Source of the DNA: Gemmatimonadota bacterium
GTDB taxonomy: Bacteria > Gemmatimonadota > Gemmatimonadetes > Palauibacterales > KS3-K002
Length of the DNA: 20,628 bases
NCBI GenBank assembly: GCA_039586795.1
Contig: JBDHJS010000055.1
Location: forward strand, 1 to 20,628
Direction: 5' to 3'
Part shown: positions 8,902-17,902 of the stretch, in pieces
How positions within the stretch are numbered: the stretch's first letter is position 1
Layout of the letters: every line of letters starts with the position of its first letter
Notes under the pieces: generated by a model
The model's database searches: none
The model's input: only the letters and a program-made list of their open reading frames with translations
Told to the model about the DNA's origin: nothing
Program-made: the position numbers and the translations under genes

Positions 8902-9882
8902 ATGAACCGATGCTTCATCGTTGCGCTGGCGCTTCCTCTCACCTTCCTCGCTTGTAGCTCCGAGTCTTCCGAACGGTCGAATACCGAAGGCGAGTCGGAG
9001 GTGAGTAGCCAAACCGAAGCGGCTTCTGCTAGAGCGCAGCTGCCTGCCGGCCGCACTCAGATCGTTCTGCTGGGCACCGGAAACCCGAACGCCGATCCCG
9101 AGCGCTCGGGCCCCGCGCTGGCCATCGTCGTCGACGACGTGCCGTACCTGGTCGACCTCGGTCCCGGTGTCGTGCGGCGCGCCGCGGCAGCGCACCAAGC
9201 GGGCGTCGAGGGGCTGGCCGTCGAGCGCCTGAAGACCGCCTTCATCACTCACTTGCACACCGACCACACGCTGGGCTACGCCGATTTCATGTTCACTCCC
9301 TGGGTGCTGGAGCGAGACTTGCCCGCCGAGGTCTACGGGCCGCCCGGCCTCGCCAACATGACCCGGCACCTGCGCGCCGCCTACGAGCGAGATGTGCGCA
9401 TCCGCATCGACGGGATGGAGCCCGCGAACACCGAAGGCTATAAGGTGAACGTCCACGAGATCGAGCCGGGAGTGATCTTCGAGGACGAGCGCGTGCGCGT
9501 CACCGCCTTCGCGGTCATCCACGGATCATGGGAACACGCCTTCGGCTACCGCTTCGATACGCCCGACCGCAGCATCGTCATCTCGGGGGATGCTCGACCC
9601 GGCCAGAGCGTGATCGAAGCGTGCAACGGCTGTGACGTGCTGATCCACGAAGTGTACGCCCAGGCCGGATTTGACCGGCGCGAACCAGTGTGGCAGCGCT
9701 ATCATTCGCAATTCCACACGTCGGGCCCGGAACTGGGTGAGTTGGCTGTGCAGGCGAGGCCTGGCGTGCTGATTCTGTATCACCAGTTGTTGTGGGGCGC
9801 TACTCCGGAGGAGCTTGTGGGGGAGATTCGGTCGGTGTTTGATGGGCCGGTGGTGTATGGAAATGATTTGGATGTGTTCTGA
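8902..9882 (+). CDS. MBL-fold metallohydrolase (RNase Z/AtsA-like), predicted lipoprotein
   Basis: LLGTGNP, THLHTDH, HGSW, SGD, DVLIHE and ILYH motifs. The N-terminal signal peptide ends in a lipobox-like FLAC, followed by a Ser/Glu-rich linker. Confidence 0.88.
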   Translation: MNRCFIVALALPLTFLACSSESSERSNTEGESEVSSQTEAASARAQLPAGRTQIVLLGTGNPNADPERSGPALAIVVDDVPYLVDLGPGVVRRAAAAHQAGVEGLAVERLKTAFITHLHTDHTLGYADFMFTPWVLERDLPAEVYGPPGLANMTRHLRAAYERDVRIRIDGMEPANTEGYKVNVHEIEPGVIFEDERVRVTAFAVIHGSWEHAFGYRFDTPDRSIVISGDARPGQSVIEACNGCDVLIHEVYAQAGFDRREPVWQRYHSQFHTSGPELGELAVQARPGVLILYHQLLWGATPEELVGEIRSVFDGPVVYGNDLDVF

Positions 9883-9913
9883 TGAACATTGAACACCGCA
9901 CATGGAGCACGGA
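9883..9913 (+). repeat. TGAACAT heptamer-family repeat downstream of the MBL gene
   Basis: TGAACAT TGAACAC CGCACAT GGAGCAC GGA, starting immediately after the stop codon. Confidence 0.75.
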
Positions 9914-10193
9914 GAGCTGAAGGAAGTGCCCCACGCTGAGCCGTGGCCATGGCAGCTACCCCGACGAAGTCGTCGTTCGTCTCGAGGGCCAGGACAACCT
10001 CCGAGGCGCGAGGCGGTCCAGCAAGTCGAGGAGTTGCTCGCCGGCCGCACCTGAATACGACGCTTGTGAGAACCTAAGAAGAAGCACGATATTTCGAACC
10101 GACAGGAACACGAGGCGTCTATTCGTCGCCGGCGCCAAAAGCAATCGTGCCCTGCAGATGTACGAGCGGCTGTACAGAAACAGGCGGTTGTGA

Positions 10194-12629
10194 ATGTCGT
10201 TGCTCCCGCGGGATCTCCGCATCGCCCTCCGCACCCAGCGGAGAGGCCGGGTTGCCCACCTAATCGCGATCTTCTCTCTCGCACTCGGAGTTGCCGGGAA
10301 CGCAGTTGTCTTCAGCATCGTCAACGCGTTCCTATTCAGGCCGCTGCCCTATCCCGAGTCCGACCGGATCGTCGTGCTGGGCGAGCGTGAGACGAGCCAG
10401 CCCGACTTGGCCATCCTCACCCTGACCTCTTCACTAGCCACCTGGGCCGACTATAGAGAGCAAAGCCGTACGCTCTCCGGGTGGGCTGCCTTCAACCCGG
10501 GATTCCTGAGTCTTTCGACCGGCGATGGATCGGTTCCGGTGAGAACAGGGGCCGTCACGCCCAGCTTCTTCGAGACGCTTGGAGCCAATACAGTTCGGGG
10601 TCGGTTGTTCACGGAGGCAGAGGACGTGCCGGGCGGCCCGAAGCTCGCCCTCCTGAGCTGGGAGTACTGGCAAGCCCGGGCGGGGCAGGAGGAGGATCCC
10701 GTCGGCTCCGTGCTCACGTTGCACGGCGAGCCGTACGAAGTGATCGGCGTCCTTGCCGAGGGGTTCGAGTTCATTGTACCGGACATCGATGTGTGGCTGC
10801 CGCTCCAGCGAGACCCACACGCGGCACCGCGACACCGGCGCAATGTCGTTTCGGTCGCGCGCATGGCGGCCAACGTGACGATGGCGGAGGTCGAGGCCGA
10901 AGTGACCGTCATCGCGGAGCGGATCGAGCGCGAGCACCCGGAGACGAGTGGCGACTGGACGGTGGACGCGCTCAACCTGCGCACGGAGATTCCGGAACCC
11001 CAGAGCCGCCTGTATATGGTGATCCTGCAGGCCTCGGTGTTCCTCGTCCTGCTCATCGCCTGCGCGAATATCGCAATACTTCTGCTCGCCTGGAGCCAGG
11101 ACCGTCGGCGCGAGATCGCGCTACGCGCGGCGTTAGGGGCAGGGCCGCTCCGCATCTTTGCTCAGCTTACCCGCGAGAGCCTGGTCATGGCAGCTATCGG
11201 CGGCGGCGCCGGCCTCGCCCTAGCCGCCGGAGGCATCAAGCTGATCGCCGATCGCTTCGCCTCGTCGGTGATGCCGCGCATGTGGATCCCGTCGCTCGAC
11301 ACACGCGTCGTCTTGTTCACTATCGGGATTACCGCTCTCTGCGGCCTCGCCTTCGGGCTCTTCCCGGCGCTCCAGAGCATCAGGGCGAACCAGGTTGACG
11401 CGCTCAAAGAGGGCGGAGGCGTTGGGTTTTCCGGTGGCCGGCGTCGGGTTCGGGTCCGCACAGCCCTCGTCGTCGCCGAGATCGCGCTGTCCCTCGTCGC
11501 TCTGGGAGGCGGGAGCGTCCTGGTCCGGAGCTTCCTCGAAATGAAGAACCGGGACCCCGGCTTCGAGGCGAGCACCCTCCTGACCGTGCGGTTCAGCCTC
11601 CCGAGTTGGAAGTACGAGGATGTCGCAAGCGGAGTCCCCGTGCTGGATCAGATCCGCGAGGGTACCGCAGCCCTGCCGGGTGCTCTGTCGGCGGCGCTAA
11701 CGACCGCCCTGCCGCAGGATCTGTTCCCTTCGACCGACACCTTCCGCGTCGAGGGTCAGCCCATCCAGCAAGCCGCCGGTGCACCGCGGGCCGTATCGGT
11801 CCGCGCGTCACCCGACTATCTGCAGACATTCGACGTGCCACTGCTCCAGGGCCGTTTCTTCGAGGAATCGGATCGCGCCGACGCTTCGCCGGTCGCCGTC
11901 ATCAACCGGACGATGGCTAGGCGTCGTTTCCCGAGACGGAGTCCGATCGGTCATCGGGTTCTCTTTCGGGGGGAGTCCCGTGAGATCGTCGGCGTGGCTG
12001 CCGACGTGCGGCAGATGCTGATGGGGGGACAGAGCGAAGGGTTCGAGGAGGCCGTTTACATCCCTCTGACCCAAGATCCGACGGGCGCCGCCTATCTCGT
12101 GGTTCGGACAATCGGCGACCCGCGAGCTCTGTCCGAGCCCATCCGGAGGGAGATCGCCAAGATCGATCCCGACGTGACGATCAACACGGTCGAGACGATG
12201 GAGGAATACGCAAGCAAATACGTCGTCGGACTCGACATCTTTAACGCGATCTTCGGCGGGTTCAGCATCTTCGCCCTGTTGCTGGCGTCACTGGGTACCT
12301 ACGGCGTCGTCTCTTACTCCGTCTCGCAGCGGAATCAAGAAATCGGTGTCCGCCTGGCCCTGGGGGGCCGGGCAGGCGACATCGTGGCAATGATCGCCAT
12401 GCACGGCGTCAGGTTGTCGATCGTCGGTCTGCTGGTTGGCACCTTCCTGTTGCTCCCCGTGGTGGCACTGATCGGAAGCGTGCTGGAGGACCTGGCACTG
12501 GCACCGGTCGAACCACTGATCGTGGTGGCGGTGGCCGCCCTATTGTTCGGCGTAACGGTAACCGCCAGCATCATTCCGGCGAGCTGGGCAGCCAGAGTGG
12601 ATCCGATGAGGGTGCTCAAGGCGGAATGA
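10194..12629 (+). CDS. ADOP-type duplicated MacB/FtsX ABC permease
   Basis: 811 aa with two MacB-periplasmic + FtsX units: LALGVAGNAVVFSIVNAFLFRPLPYPESDRIV, LLIACANIA...RRREIALRAALGA, YGVVSYSVSQRNQEIGVRLALG, and a C-terminal AARVDPMRVLKAE. Confidence 0.92.
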   Translation: MSLLPRDLRIALRTQRRGRVAHLIAIFSLALGVAGNAVVFSIVNAFLFRPLPYPESDRIVVLGERETSQPDLAILTLTSSLATWADYREQSRTLSGWAAFNPGFLSLSTGDGSVPVRTGAVTPSFFETLGANTVRGRLFTEAEDVPGGPKLALLSWEYWQARAGQEEDPVGSVLTLHGEPYEVIGVLAEGFEFIVPDIDVWLPLQRDPHAAPRHRRNVVSVARMAANVTMAEVEAEVTVIAERIEREHPETSGDWTVDALNLRTEIPEPQSRLYMVILQASVFLVLLIACANIAILLLAWSQDRRREIALRAALGAGPLRIFAQLTRESLVMAAIGGGAGLALAAGGIKLIADRFASSVMPRMWIPSLDTRVVLFTIGITALCGLAFGLFPALQSIRANQVDALKEGGGVGFSGGRRRVRVRTALVVAEIALSLVALGGGSVLVRSFLEMKNRDPGFEASTLLTVRFSLPSWKYEDVASGVPVLDQIREGTAALPGALSAALTTALPQDLFPSTDTFRVEGQPIQQAAGAPRAVSVRASPDYLQTFDVPLLQGRFFEESDRADASPVAVINRTMARRRFPRRSPIGHRVLFRGESREIVGVAADVRQMLMGGQSEGFEEAVYIPLTQDPTGAAYLVVRTIGDPRALSEPIRREIAKIDPDVTINTVETMEEYASKYVVGLDIFNAIFGGFSIFALLLASLGTYGVVSYSVSQRNQEIGVRLALGGRAGDIVAMIAMHGVRLSIVGLLVGTFLLLPVVALIGSVLEDLALAPVEPLIVVAVAALLFGVTVTASIIPASWAARVDPMRVLKAE

Positions 12630-12636
12630 CCCATGA

Positions 12637-12706
12637 GCAGTAAGCGGTAGACGGTAGCTGATAACTTCGAATTCCATAACTCCACGAATCCACGAGTCCA
12701 CGAATC
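12637..12706 (+). repeat. Adjacent degenerate heptamer and octamer tandem repeats
   Basis: GCAGTAA GCGGTAG ACGGTAG CTGATAA (12637-12664), then TCCATAAC TCCACGAA TCCACGAG TCCACGAA TC (12673-12706). Confidence 0.65.
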
Positions 12707-12879
12707 TGATTCCCACTAACAACATCCCAACGGACGGGCACACGTTCACTGTCGGATCGAGAACACGGTGGACTCCCCGGGGTGTGCCGGAAGGGCTCAG
12801 CAGCTTCCCGACGGCCTTCTGAAATCGGGCGCCTTCACCGCATTGCTGTGCACACGCGCACGTCCTTGAGCGGGCGGCC

Positions 12880-12895
12880 CGGCACCGAAATTGCG
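12880..12895 (+). promoter_or_regulatory. Sigma-54 (-24/-12) promoter upstream of the asnB-like gene
   Basis: CGGCACCGAAATTGCG gives GG-N10-GC, with GGCAC and TTGC matching the TGGCAC-N5-TTGC consensus. It ends about 87 nt before the ATG. Confidence 0.7.
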
Positions 12896-12981
12896 CCCCG
12901 TTGAGATCGCCTCCCGCTCCCGCGAAGGGACCGAGCGCCAGAGGTCGGGGAGAACTCGGAAATAGAAGGGGAGCCACGTAC

Positions 12982-14883
12982 ATGTGCGGAATCGTTGGGG
13001 TATTGAACCTCACCAATCCAGCACCGGTGGATGCGGAGCTGCTACGGGTCGCCAATGCGGCGCTGCACCATAGAGGTCCTGACGGTTCGGGCGAATTCGT
13101 GGAAGCGGACGTCGGGATGGCGATGCGACGCCTGAGCATCATCGACGTCGCTCAGGGCCATCAGCCGATGGCAAACGAGGACGGCAGCGTGCGCGTCGTC
13201 TACAACGGCGAGATCTACAACCACGAAGATTTGCGCCGTGACCTCGAAGCTCGAGGACACAGGTTCCACACCCATGCAGACACCGAGGTGCTCGTGCATG
13301 GCTACGAGGAATGGGGACGCGACGGGCTCCTAGAGAGGCTGCGCGGGATGTTCGCCTTCGCCATCTGGGACGATAAACGCCGTGCGGTGTTTCTCGCCCG
13401 CGATCGCATGGGCATCAAACCTCTGTACACTGCGGAGTACGATGGGCGGTTCTATTTCGCATCCGAAATTCGCAGCATTCTGCTACTCTCGGAAATGCCG
13501 CGGCGCCCAAACTTGAACGCGCTTGGCCTCTATATGCGCGTCGGTTTCGTGACGGCTCCACACACGATTCTCGAGGGTTTAACGAAACTGCCGCCCGCGC
13601 ACTACCTGTGGATCGAGGATGGAAAGGTGTCCAGCCACGAGTATTGGACGCTCTCCTACGAACCCACCAATCGCGACGCGGAGACGGCCATCGTCGAGGG
13701 CTTCCGCGAGCGCCTGGAGGACTCGATACGGACACATCTGATGAGCGAGGTGCCGCTCGGGGCACTACTGTCGGGCGGTGTGGACTCGACCACGACCGTG
13801 GCCTTCATGGGCAGGATGCTCAGCGAGCCGGTCAATACGGTCACCGTCGGTTTCGCAGGGGCGAGCTTAGACGAGACGGAATTGGCGAAGGCGTCGGCCC
13901 GAGAGCTGGGTACCGAGCACCATACGGTCGTCTTCACGCACGACACGATGGCCGACTACCCGTCCGTGATACGCGCTCAAGAGGAGCCATTTGGGCGTCC
14001 CACAAATGCTGCGCTGTACTACTTGTTCAAGGCCTGTCGTGAACACGGCCTGACGGTGATGATGACGGGGGAGGGGGCGGATGAACTGCTCGGTGGCTAC
14101 GGCTGGCACCGCAAGAATCAGAGCGGTCGGCTGCAATCAGCGATCTCGCGCCTGCCGCTTGGGCTGCGTCGGGCGTTTGCCGGCAGTGGCACGCTTCGCG
14201 CAATAGGCCAATCTGGACGCGCGCTGCTGCGCTCCACTCGTGGTGAAGAGACACGCCTCCACCGACGGTTTGCTGAACTCATCCGCATCGGTGATTGCGA
14301 TGTCGGCGTAGAGCTGCTGTCGTCGGACGTGCGCTCCGCAGTCGGCGCCGATGCCGGACAGTCGATCATCGATGGTTGGGAGGATTGGCTGGCCTGCGTT
14401 CGCGGTCAGCCGGAATTCGGCCAACTCCTTTGGCTTCAGTCGCGAACACGCATGCCGGACTACATCATTCAAGGGCTCGACAAACACAGCATGGCACATT
14501 CTGTCGAGGCTCGCCCGCCGCTTCTCGATCATCTGCTTTGGGAGTACTGCGCCGCCCTGCCGAGCGACATCAAGCTGCGCGACGGGACGGAGAAGTATCT
14601 TTTGCGACAGGCCGGAATGCACATCGTGCCGGAAGCAGCTCGCACCCGGCGCAAGAAGCCGCTGCGTGTTCCTTACGAGCGCTGGATCGCAAAACAGCGC
14701 TTGCCCGATTGGGCGGAATGCGCGCTGGATACCACTCAGCTTCGCCGCACCGGGCTGTTCGATCCAAGAGCGGTGAGCCAGCTCCGGCAACGTGTGCAGG
14801 CGGGTGAACGGCGGAACGTTGCGTTGCTTTCTGCGGTGCTGAATCTACAGACGTGGGTCAGCGTTTTTATTGATGCGCCGTAG
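12982..14883 (+). CDS. asnB: Asparagine synthase (glutamine-hydrolysing) family amidotransferase
   Basis: The start is MCGIVG (Ntn Cys2) at 12982, with a GGGGAG SD. Motifs HRGPD, RRLSIID, YNGEIYN, ARDRMGIKPL, LLSGGVDS and TGEGADELLGGY. 633 aa. The substrate may not be free aspartate. Confidence 0.9.
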   Translation: MCGIVGVLNLTNPAPVDAELLRVANAALHHRGPDGSGEFVEADVGMAMRRLSIIDVAQGHQPMANEDGSVRVVYNGEIYNHEDLRRDLEARGHRFHTHADTEVLVHGYEEWGRDGLLERLRGMFAFAIWDDKRRAVFLARDRMGIKPLYTAEYDGRFYFASEIRSILLLSEMPRRPNLNALGLYMRVGFVTAPHTILEGLTKLPPAHYLWIEDGKVSSHEYWTLSYEPTNRDAETAIVEGFRERLEDSIRTHLMSEVPLGALLSGGVDSTTTVAFMGRMLSEPVNTVTVGFAGASLDETELAKASARELGTEHHTVVFTHDTMADYPSVIRAQEEPFGRPTNAALYYLFKACREHGLTVMMTGEGADELLGGYGWHRKNQSGRLQSAISRLPLGLRRAFAGSGTLRAIGQSGRALLRSTRGEETRLHRRFAELIRIGDCDVGVELLSSDVRSAVGADAGQSIIDGWEDWLACVRGQPEFGQLLWLQSRTRMPDYIIQGLDKHSMAHSVEARPPLLDHLLWEYCAALPSDIKLRDGTEKYLLRQAGMHIVPEAARTRRKKPLRVPYERWIAKQRLPDWAECALDTTQLRRTGLFDPRAVSQLRQRVQAGERRNVALLSAVLNLQTWVSVFIDAP

Positions 14884-14925
14884 TGAGTCCTGATCGCTGG
14901 CGGGCCGCCGTGGTAGACCCTCAAA

Positions 14926-15041
14926 TGAACATTGAACATTGTTCACGGAACATGTGAACATTGATGGCTTTGCCCACGCTGGGTCCTGTGCAGTAGTTTC
15001 GTCCCATGTTCAGCTGGTCCATGCCCAATGTTCAATGTTCA
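14926..15041. repeat. 116-bp element with perfect 16-bp terminal inverted repeats (MITE/REP-like, TGAACAT family)
   Basis: TGAACATTGAACATTG (14926-14941) and CAATGTTCAATGTTCA (15026-15041). Extra units at 14955-14961 and 15006-15012. Confidence 0.75.
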
Positions 15042-15058
15042 CCTCGCCAGGAGCGACC

Positions 15059-16774
15059 ATGTCATCCCGTCTAGACCTCGACCGCCGCCGCTTCCTAGCC
15101 TACTTCTCCACCCTAGGCCTCGGCTCATCCCTCTTCCCGGGCGTTCTCTGGGCAAGGCTCCAGGAGGAGGAGGAACCGCGCATAACGGCCGACCTGCTCG
15201 ACGAGGCCGAACAGATCGCCGGCCTGGAATTCACCGAGGAAGAACGCGAGTTGATGCTCCGCGGCCTCAACAGCCGCCTCCGCGCCTTCGAGCAGTTACG
15301 CGAGGTCGAGCTGCCCAACAGCATCTCTCCCGCGCTCTACTTCGATCCGGTGCCGCCCGGACACACCGCCAGCGCGAACGATGGTGTGTCGACGCGCAGC
15401 AGCGTCACCATCGACAGCTTTCCTTCCAACCTGGAAGACGTCGCGTTCTGGCCCGTCACTCACCTCGCGAAGCTGATCGAGACACGCCAGATCACGTCCG
15501 TGCAACTCACCGAGATGTACATGGACCGTCTCGGTCGCTACGGGCCGAAGCTCGAGTGCACCATCAACCCGACGTACGAGCTGGCGATGGAACAGGCGCG
15601 GCGCGCCGACGAGGAGATCGCCGCCGGCCATTACCGCGGGCCGCTGCACGGCATCCCGTGGGGCGCCAAGGACCTGCTGTCGGTGAAGGGCTATCCCACC
15701 ACGTGGGGCGCCATGCCGTTCAAGGACCAGATGATCGAGGAGAACGCCACCGTGGTGCAGCGTCTGGAGGAGGCGGGCGCGGTGCTCATCGCCAAGCTAA
15801 CGCTTGGCGCGTTGGCGATGGGCGATGTCTGGTACGGTGGAAAGACGCGAAATCCGTGGGACTACGAGCAGGGATCGAGCGGCTCGTCTGCCGGATCGGC
15901 AGCGGCGACGGCCGCCGGACTGATCGGCTTCGGAATCGGAACGGAGACACTAGGCTCCATCGTTTCGCCGTGCACCCGGTGCGGAACGACCGGGCTACGC
16001 CCCACCTTCGGGCGCGTGAGTCGGTCGGGCGCCATGGCGCTCTCCTGGAGCATGGACAAGATCGGGCCGATCTGTCGCAGCGTTGAAGACTGCGCCCTAG
16101 TGTTCGACGCGATCTACGGTCCGGACGGACAAGATCTATCGGTGGTCGATCAGCCGTTCGCCTGGAACGCCGACATGGATATTCATTCGCTACGCATCGG
16201 GTACGTCGTCAGCGCATTCGAGGAAGAGCGGGAGCGCGAGCCCGAGTGGCAGCAGTTCGATTTGAATTCGCTGCACGTGATGCGGGCGCTGGGCGTCGAT
16301 CTGATCCCCATCGAGCTTCCCGAGGAGCTGCCGATCGGCGCCATGCGCATCATCCTCAGCGCCGAAGCCGCCGCGGCGTTCGATGACCTCACGCGGAACG
16401 GCCGCGACGATCTACTCAAGAGGCAGGACCGCGGTGCCTGGCCGAACTCCTTCAGGACATCACGGTTCATACCGGCCGTCGAGTATATCCAGGCCAACCG
16501 CGTCCGAACGCTGGCCCTCGAGAAGATGGCGGAGCTCATGTCGGATATCGACGTCTACGTCGTCCCATCTTACGGTGGGAACAACCTGACGTTGACCAAC
16601 CTGACGGGTCATCCCTGCGTGGTGTTGCCGAACGGCTTCAGAGAGGATGGGACGCCGACCAGCCTCAGCTTCATGGGCAGGCTGTATGGCGAGGCGGAAA
16701 CGCTGGCCGTCGCCCGCGCCTACCAGGAAGCAACGCATTTCTACAAACGGCACCCGACGCTACTGATCGACTAA
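15059..16774 (+). CDS. Amidase-signature family enzyme with a Tat-like N-terminus
   Basis: Start MSSRLDLDRRRFLAY at 15059 with AGGAG SD. GPLHGIPWGAKDL, GSSGSSAGS and GTETLGSI supply the Lys-cisSer-Ser triad. 571 aa. Confidence 0.92.
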   Translation: MSSRLDLDRRRFLAYFSTLGLGSSLFPGVLWARLQEEEEPRITADLLDEAEQIAGLEFTEEERELMLRGLNSRLRAFEQLREVELPNSISPALYFDPVPPGHTASANDGVSTRSSVTIDSFPSNLEDVAFWPVTHLAKLIETRQITSVQLTEMYMDRLGRYGPKLECTINPTYELAMEQARRADEEIAAGHYRGPLHGIPWGAKDLLSVKGYPTTWGAMPFKDQMIEENATVVQRLEEAGAVLIAKLTLGALAMGDVWYGGKTRNPWDYEQGSSGSSAGSAAATAAGLIGFGIGTETLGSIVSPCTRCGTTGLRPTFGRVSRSGAMALSWSMDKIGPICRSVEDCALVFDAIYGPDGQDLSVVDQPFAWNADMDIHSLRIGYVVSAFEEEREREPEWQQFDLNSLHVMRALGVDLIPIELPEELPIGAMRIILSAEAAAAFDDLTRNGRDDLLKRQDRGAWPNSFRTSRFIPAVEYIQANRVRTLALEKMAELMSDIDVYVVPSYGGNNLTLTNLTGHPCVVLPNGFREDGTPTSLSFMGRLYGEAETLAVARAYQEATHFYKRHPTLLID

Positions 16775-16780
16775 TGAGTA

Positions 16781-17902
16781 CTAATCGTCCATGAAGAAAC
16801 GCTCGAATTCGTCCCAGCGTGCTCGGGCGTCCTCGTACCCTAGCTCGATCACTTGGCTCAGGTAGGGCTCACCGAAGATCAGATAGCTCAGTAGATCGCC
16901 GGCCTGAACGCGCTCTACTCCTGTGCCGCGCAGTAGGAAGCGTAGCGACCGGGGCAGCAGCTTCCTGTGTCCGGCGGCCATCACCCCTAGGTCGCGGGAC
17001 GGACGCACGATGTGCAGCTTGAGTGGACGAAGCCCTCTTGGATTCGGGATTCCGTAGGGCAGCGCGTCCAGAACGTCGTTCAACCTGCGTAGTCGTTCGG
17101 CATCCTGCTCCAGCGTGTCGAGAAAGATCGTGTTGAACAGCGTACCGGCAATTTGTGCCGGCGATGGGTAATACGTAGAAGCACGCGCCTTTACCTCTTC
17201 CAGCGTCGCCGCATAGCGTGTCGAAATGGCGAGCAGTCGTTTGGCACCCAGATGAACGGCGGGTGCCAGAGGGGCGGCCTGTCGGATGCTACCGTCACCG
17301 TAGTACTCACCGTCCACCTTGATCGCGGGAAAGACCAGAGGGAGCGCGCTTGATGCCATCACATGGTCGACAGTGATTTTTGTGCCCTTTCCGGTACGAC
17401 GGGCGCGTTCCCAGGTTGGAATCCCCTCGCTGCCGTGAACGAACGTGACAGTCTGTCCGGTGGAATAACGCGTGGTCGTGAGCGCGAGGGCCGTCAGCCG
17501 GTCTCGGCGCACGTTCGTCTCTATCCCGTCGACGTCGAGGCAACCGTCTAGAAACTCGCGCAACGGTCGCGTGTCCAAAAGCGCTCCGGACTTCTCCGTT
17601 CGATCGCGCGGGGTTATGCGGCCCATCGTCCACAATCCGCGCACGATGGTTTTGCCGATCGCACCGATGTTTGTATAGAAGACTTGGTCGACGGTCAGAT
17701 TTCGCCACGCCGCTGCCAGTTCATCGAGCACCGGCGGTCCGCTGTCTTGATGGCCGGCTAGGAACGTGGCATTGATGGCGCCGGCCGAGACGCCGGTGAT
17801 GATCGGGAACTGGACGTCAGGTGCCCGTTCCGCGATACAGGTCAGTACACCGACTTGGTAGGCAGCACGCGCGCCTCCACCAGACAAAACGAGGCCGTTC
17901 AT
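16781..17902 (-). CDS. Patatin-like phospholipase
   Basis: LSGGGARAAYQVG oxyanion loop, GVSAG nucleophile elbow, ASSALP and DGS motif. 373 aa. Confidence 0.92.
   Translation of the reverse strand: MNGLVLSGGGARAAYQVGVLTCIAERAPDVQFPIITGVSAGAINATFLAGHQDSGPPVLDELAAAWRNLTVDQVFYTNIGAIGKTIVRGLWTMGRITPRDRTEKSGALLDTRPLREFLDGCLDVDGIETNVRRDRLTALALTTTRYSTGQTVTFVHGSEGIPTWERARRTGKGTKITVDHVMASSALPLVFPAIKVDGEYYGDGSIRQAAPLAPAVHLGAKRLLAISTRYAATLEEVKARASTYYPSPAQIAGTLFNTIFLDTLEQDAERLRRLNDVLDALPYGIPNPRGLRPLKLHIVRPSRDLGVMAAGHRKLLPRSLRFLLRGTGVERVQAGDLLSYLIFGEPYLSQVIELGYEDARARWDEFERFFMDD

Noticed and set aside
9902..10054. 50-codon ORF MEHGELKEVPH...VEELLAGRT
   Set aside because: It starts inside the repeat, has no SD and no recognisable motif. 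A gene remnant cannot be excluded.
12766..12840. Possible SRP RNA or riboswitch (CCGGAAGG...AGCAGC inside a CGGTGGA/TTCACCG stem)
   Set aside because: It lacks the CAGG element and correct spacing of SRP helix 8, matches no riboswitch consensus I recognise, and lies upstream of the predicted sigma-54 start. An Rfam cmscan would settle it.
12982..14883. Lasso-peptide cyclase
   Set aside because: The Ntn Cys2 glutaminase domain is intact, and no B protein/RRE or precursor peptide is nearby.
15059..16774. gatA
   Set aside because: There is no gatB or gatC, the N-terminus is Tat-like, and the motif is TETLGS rather than SDTGGS.
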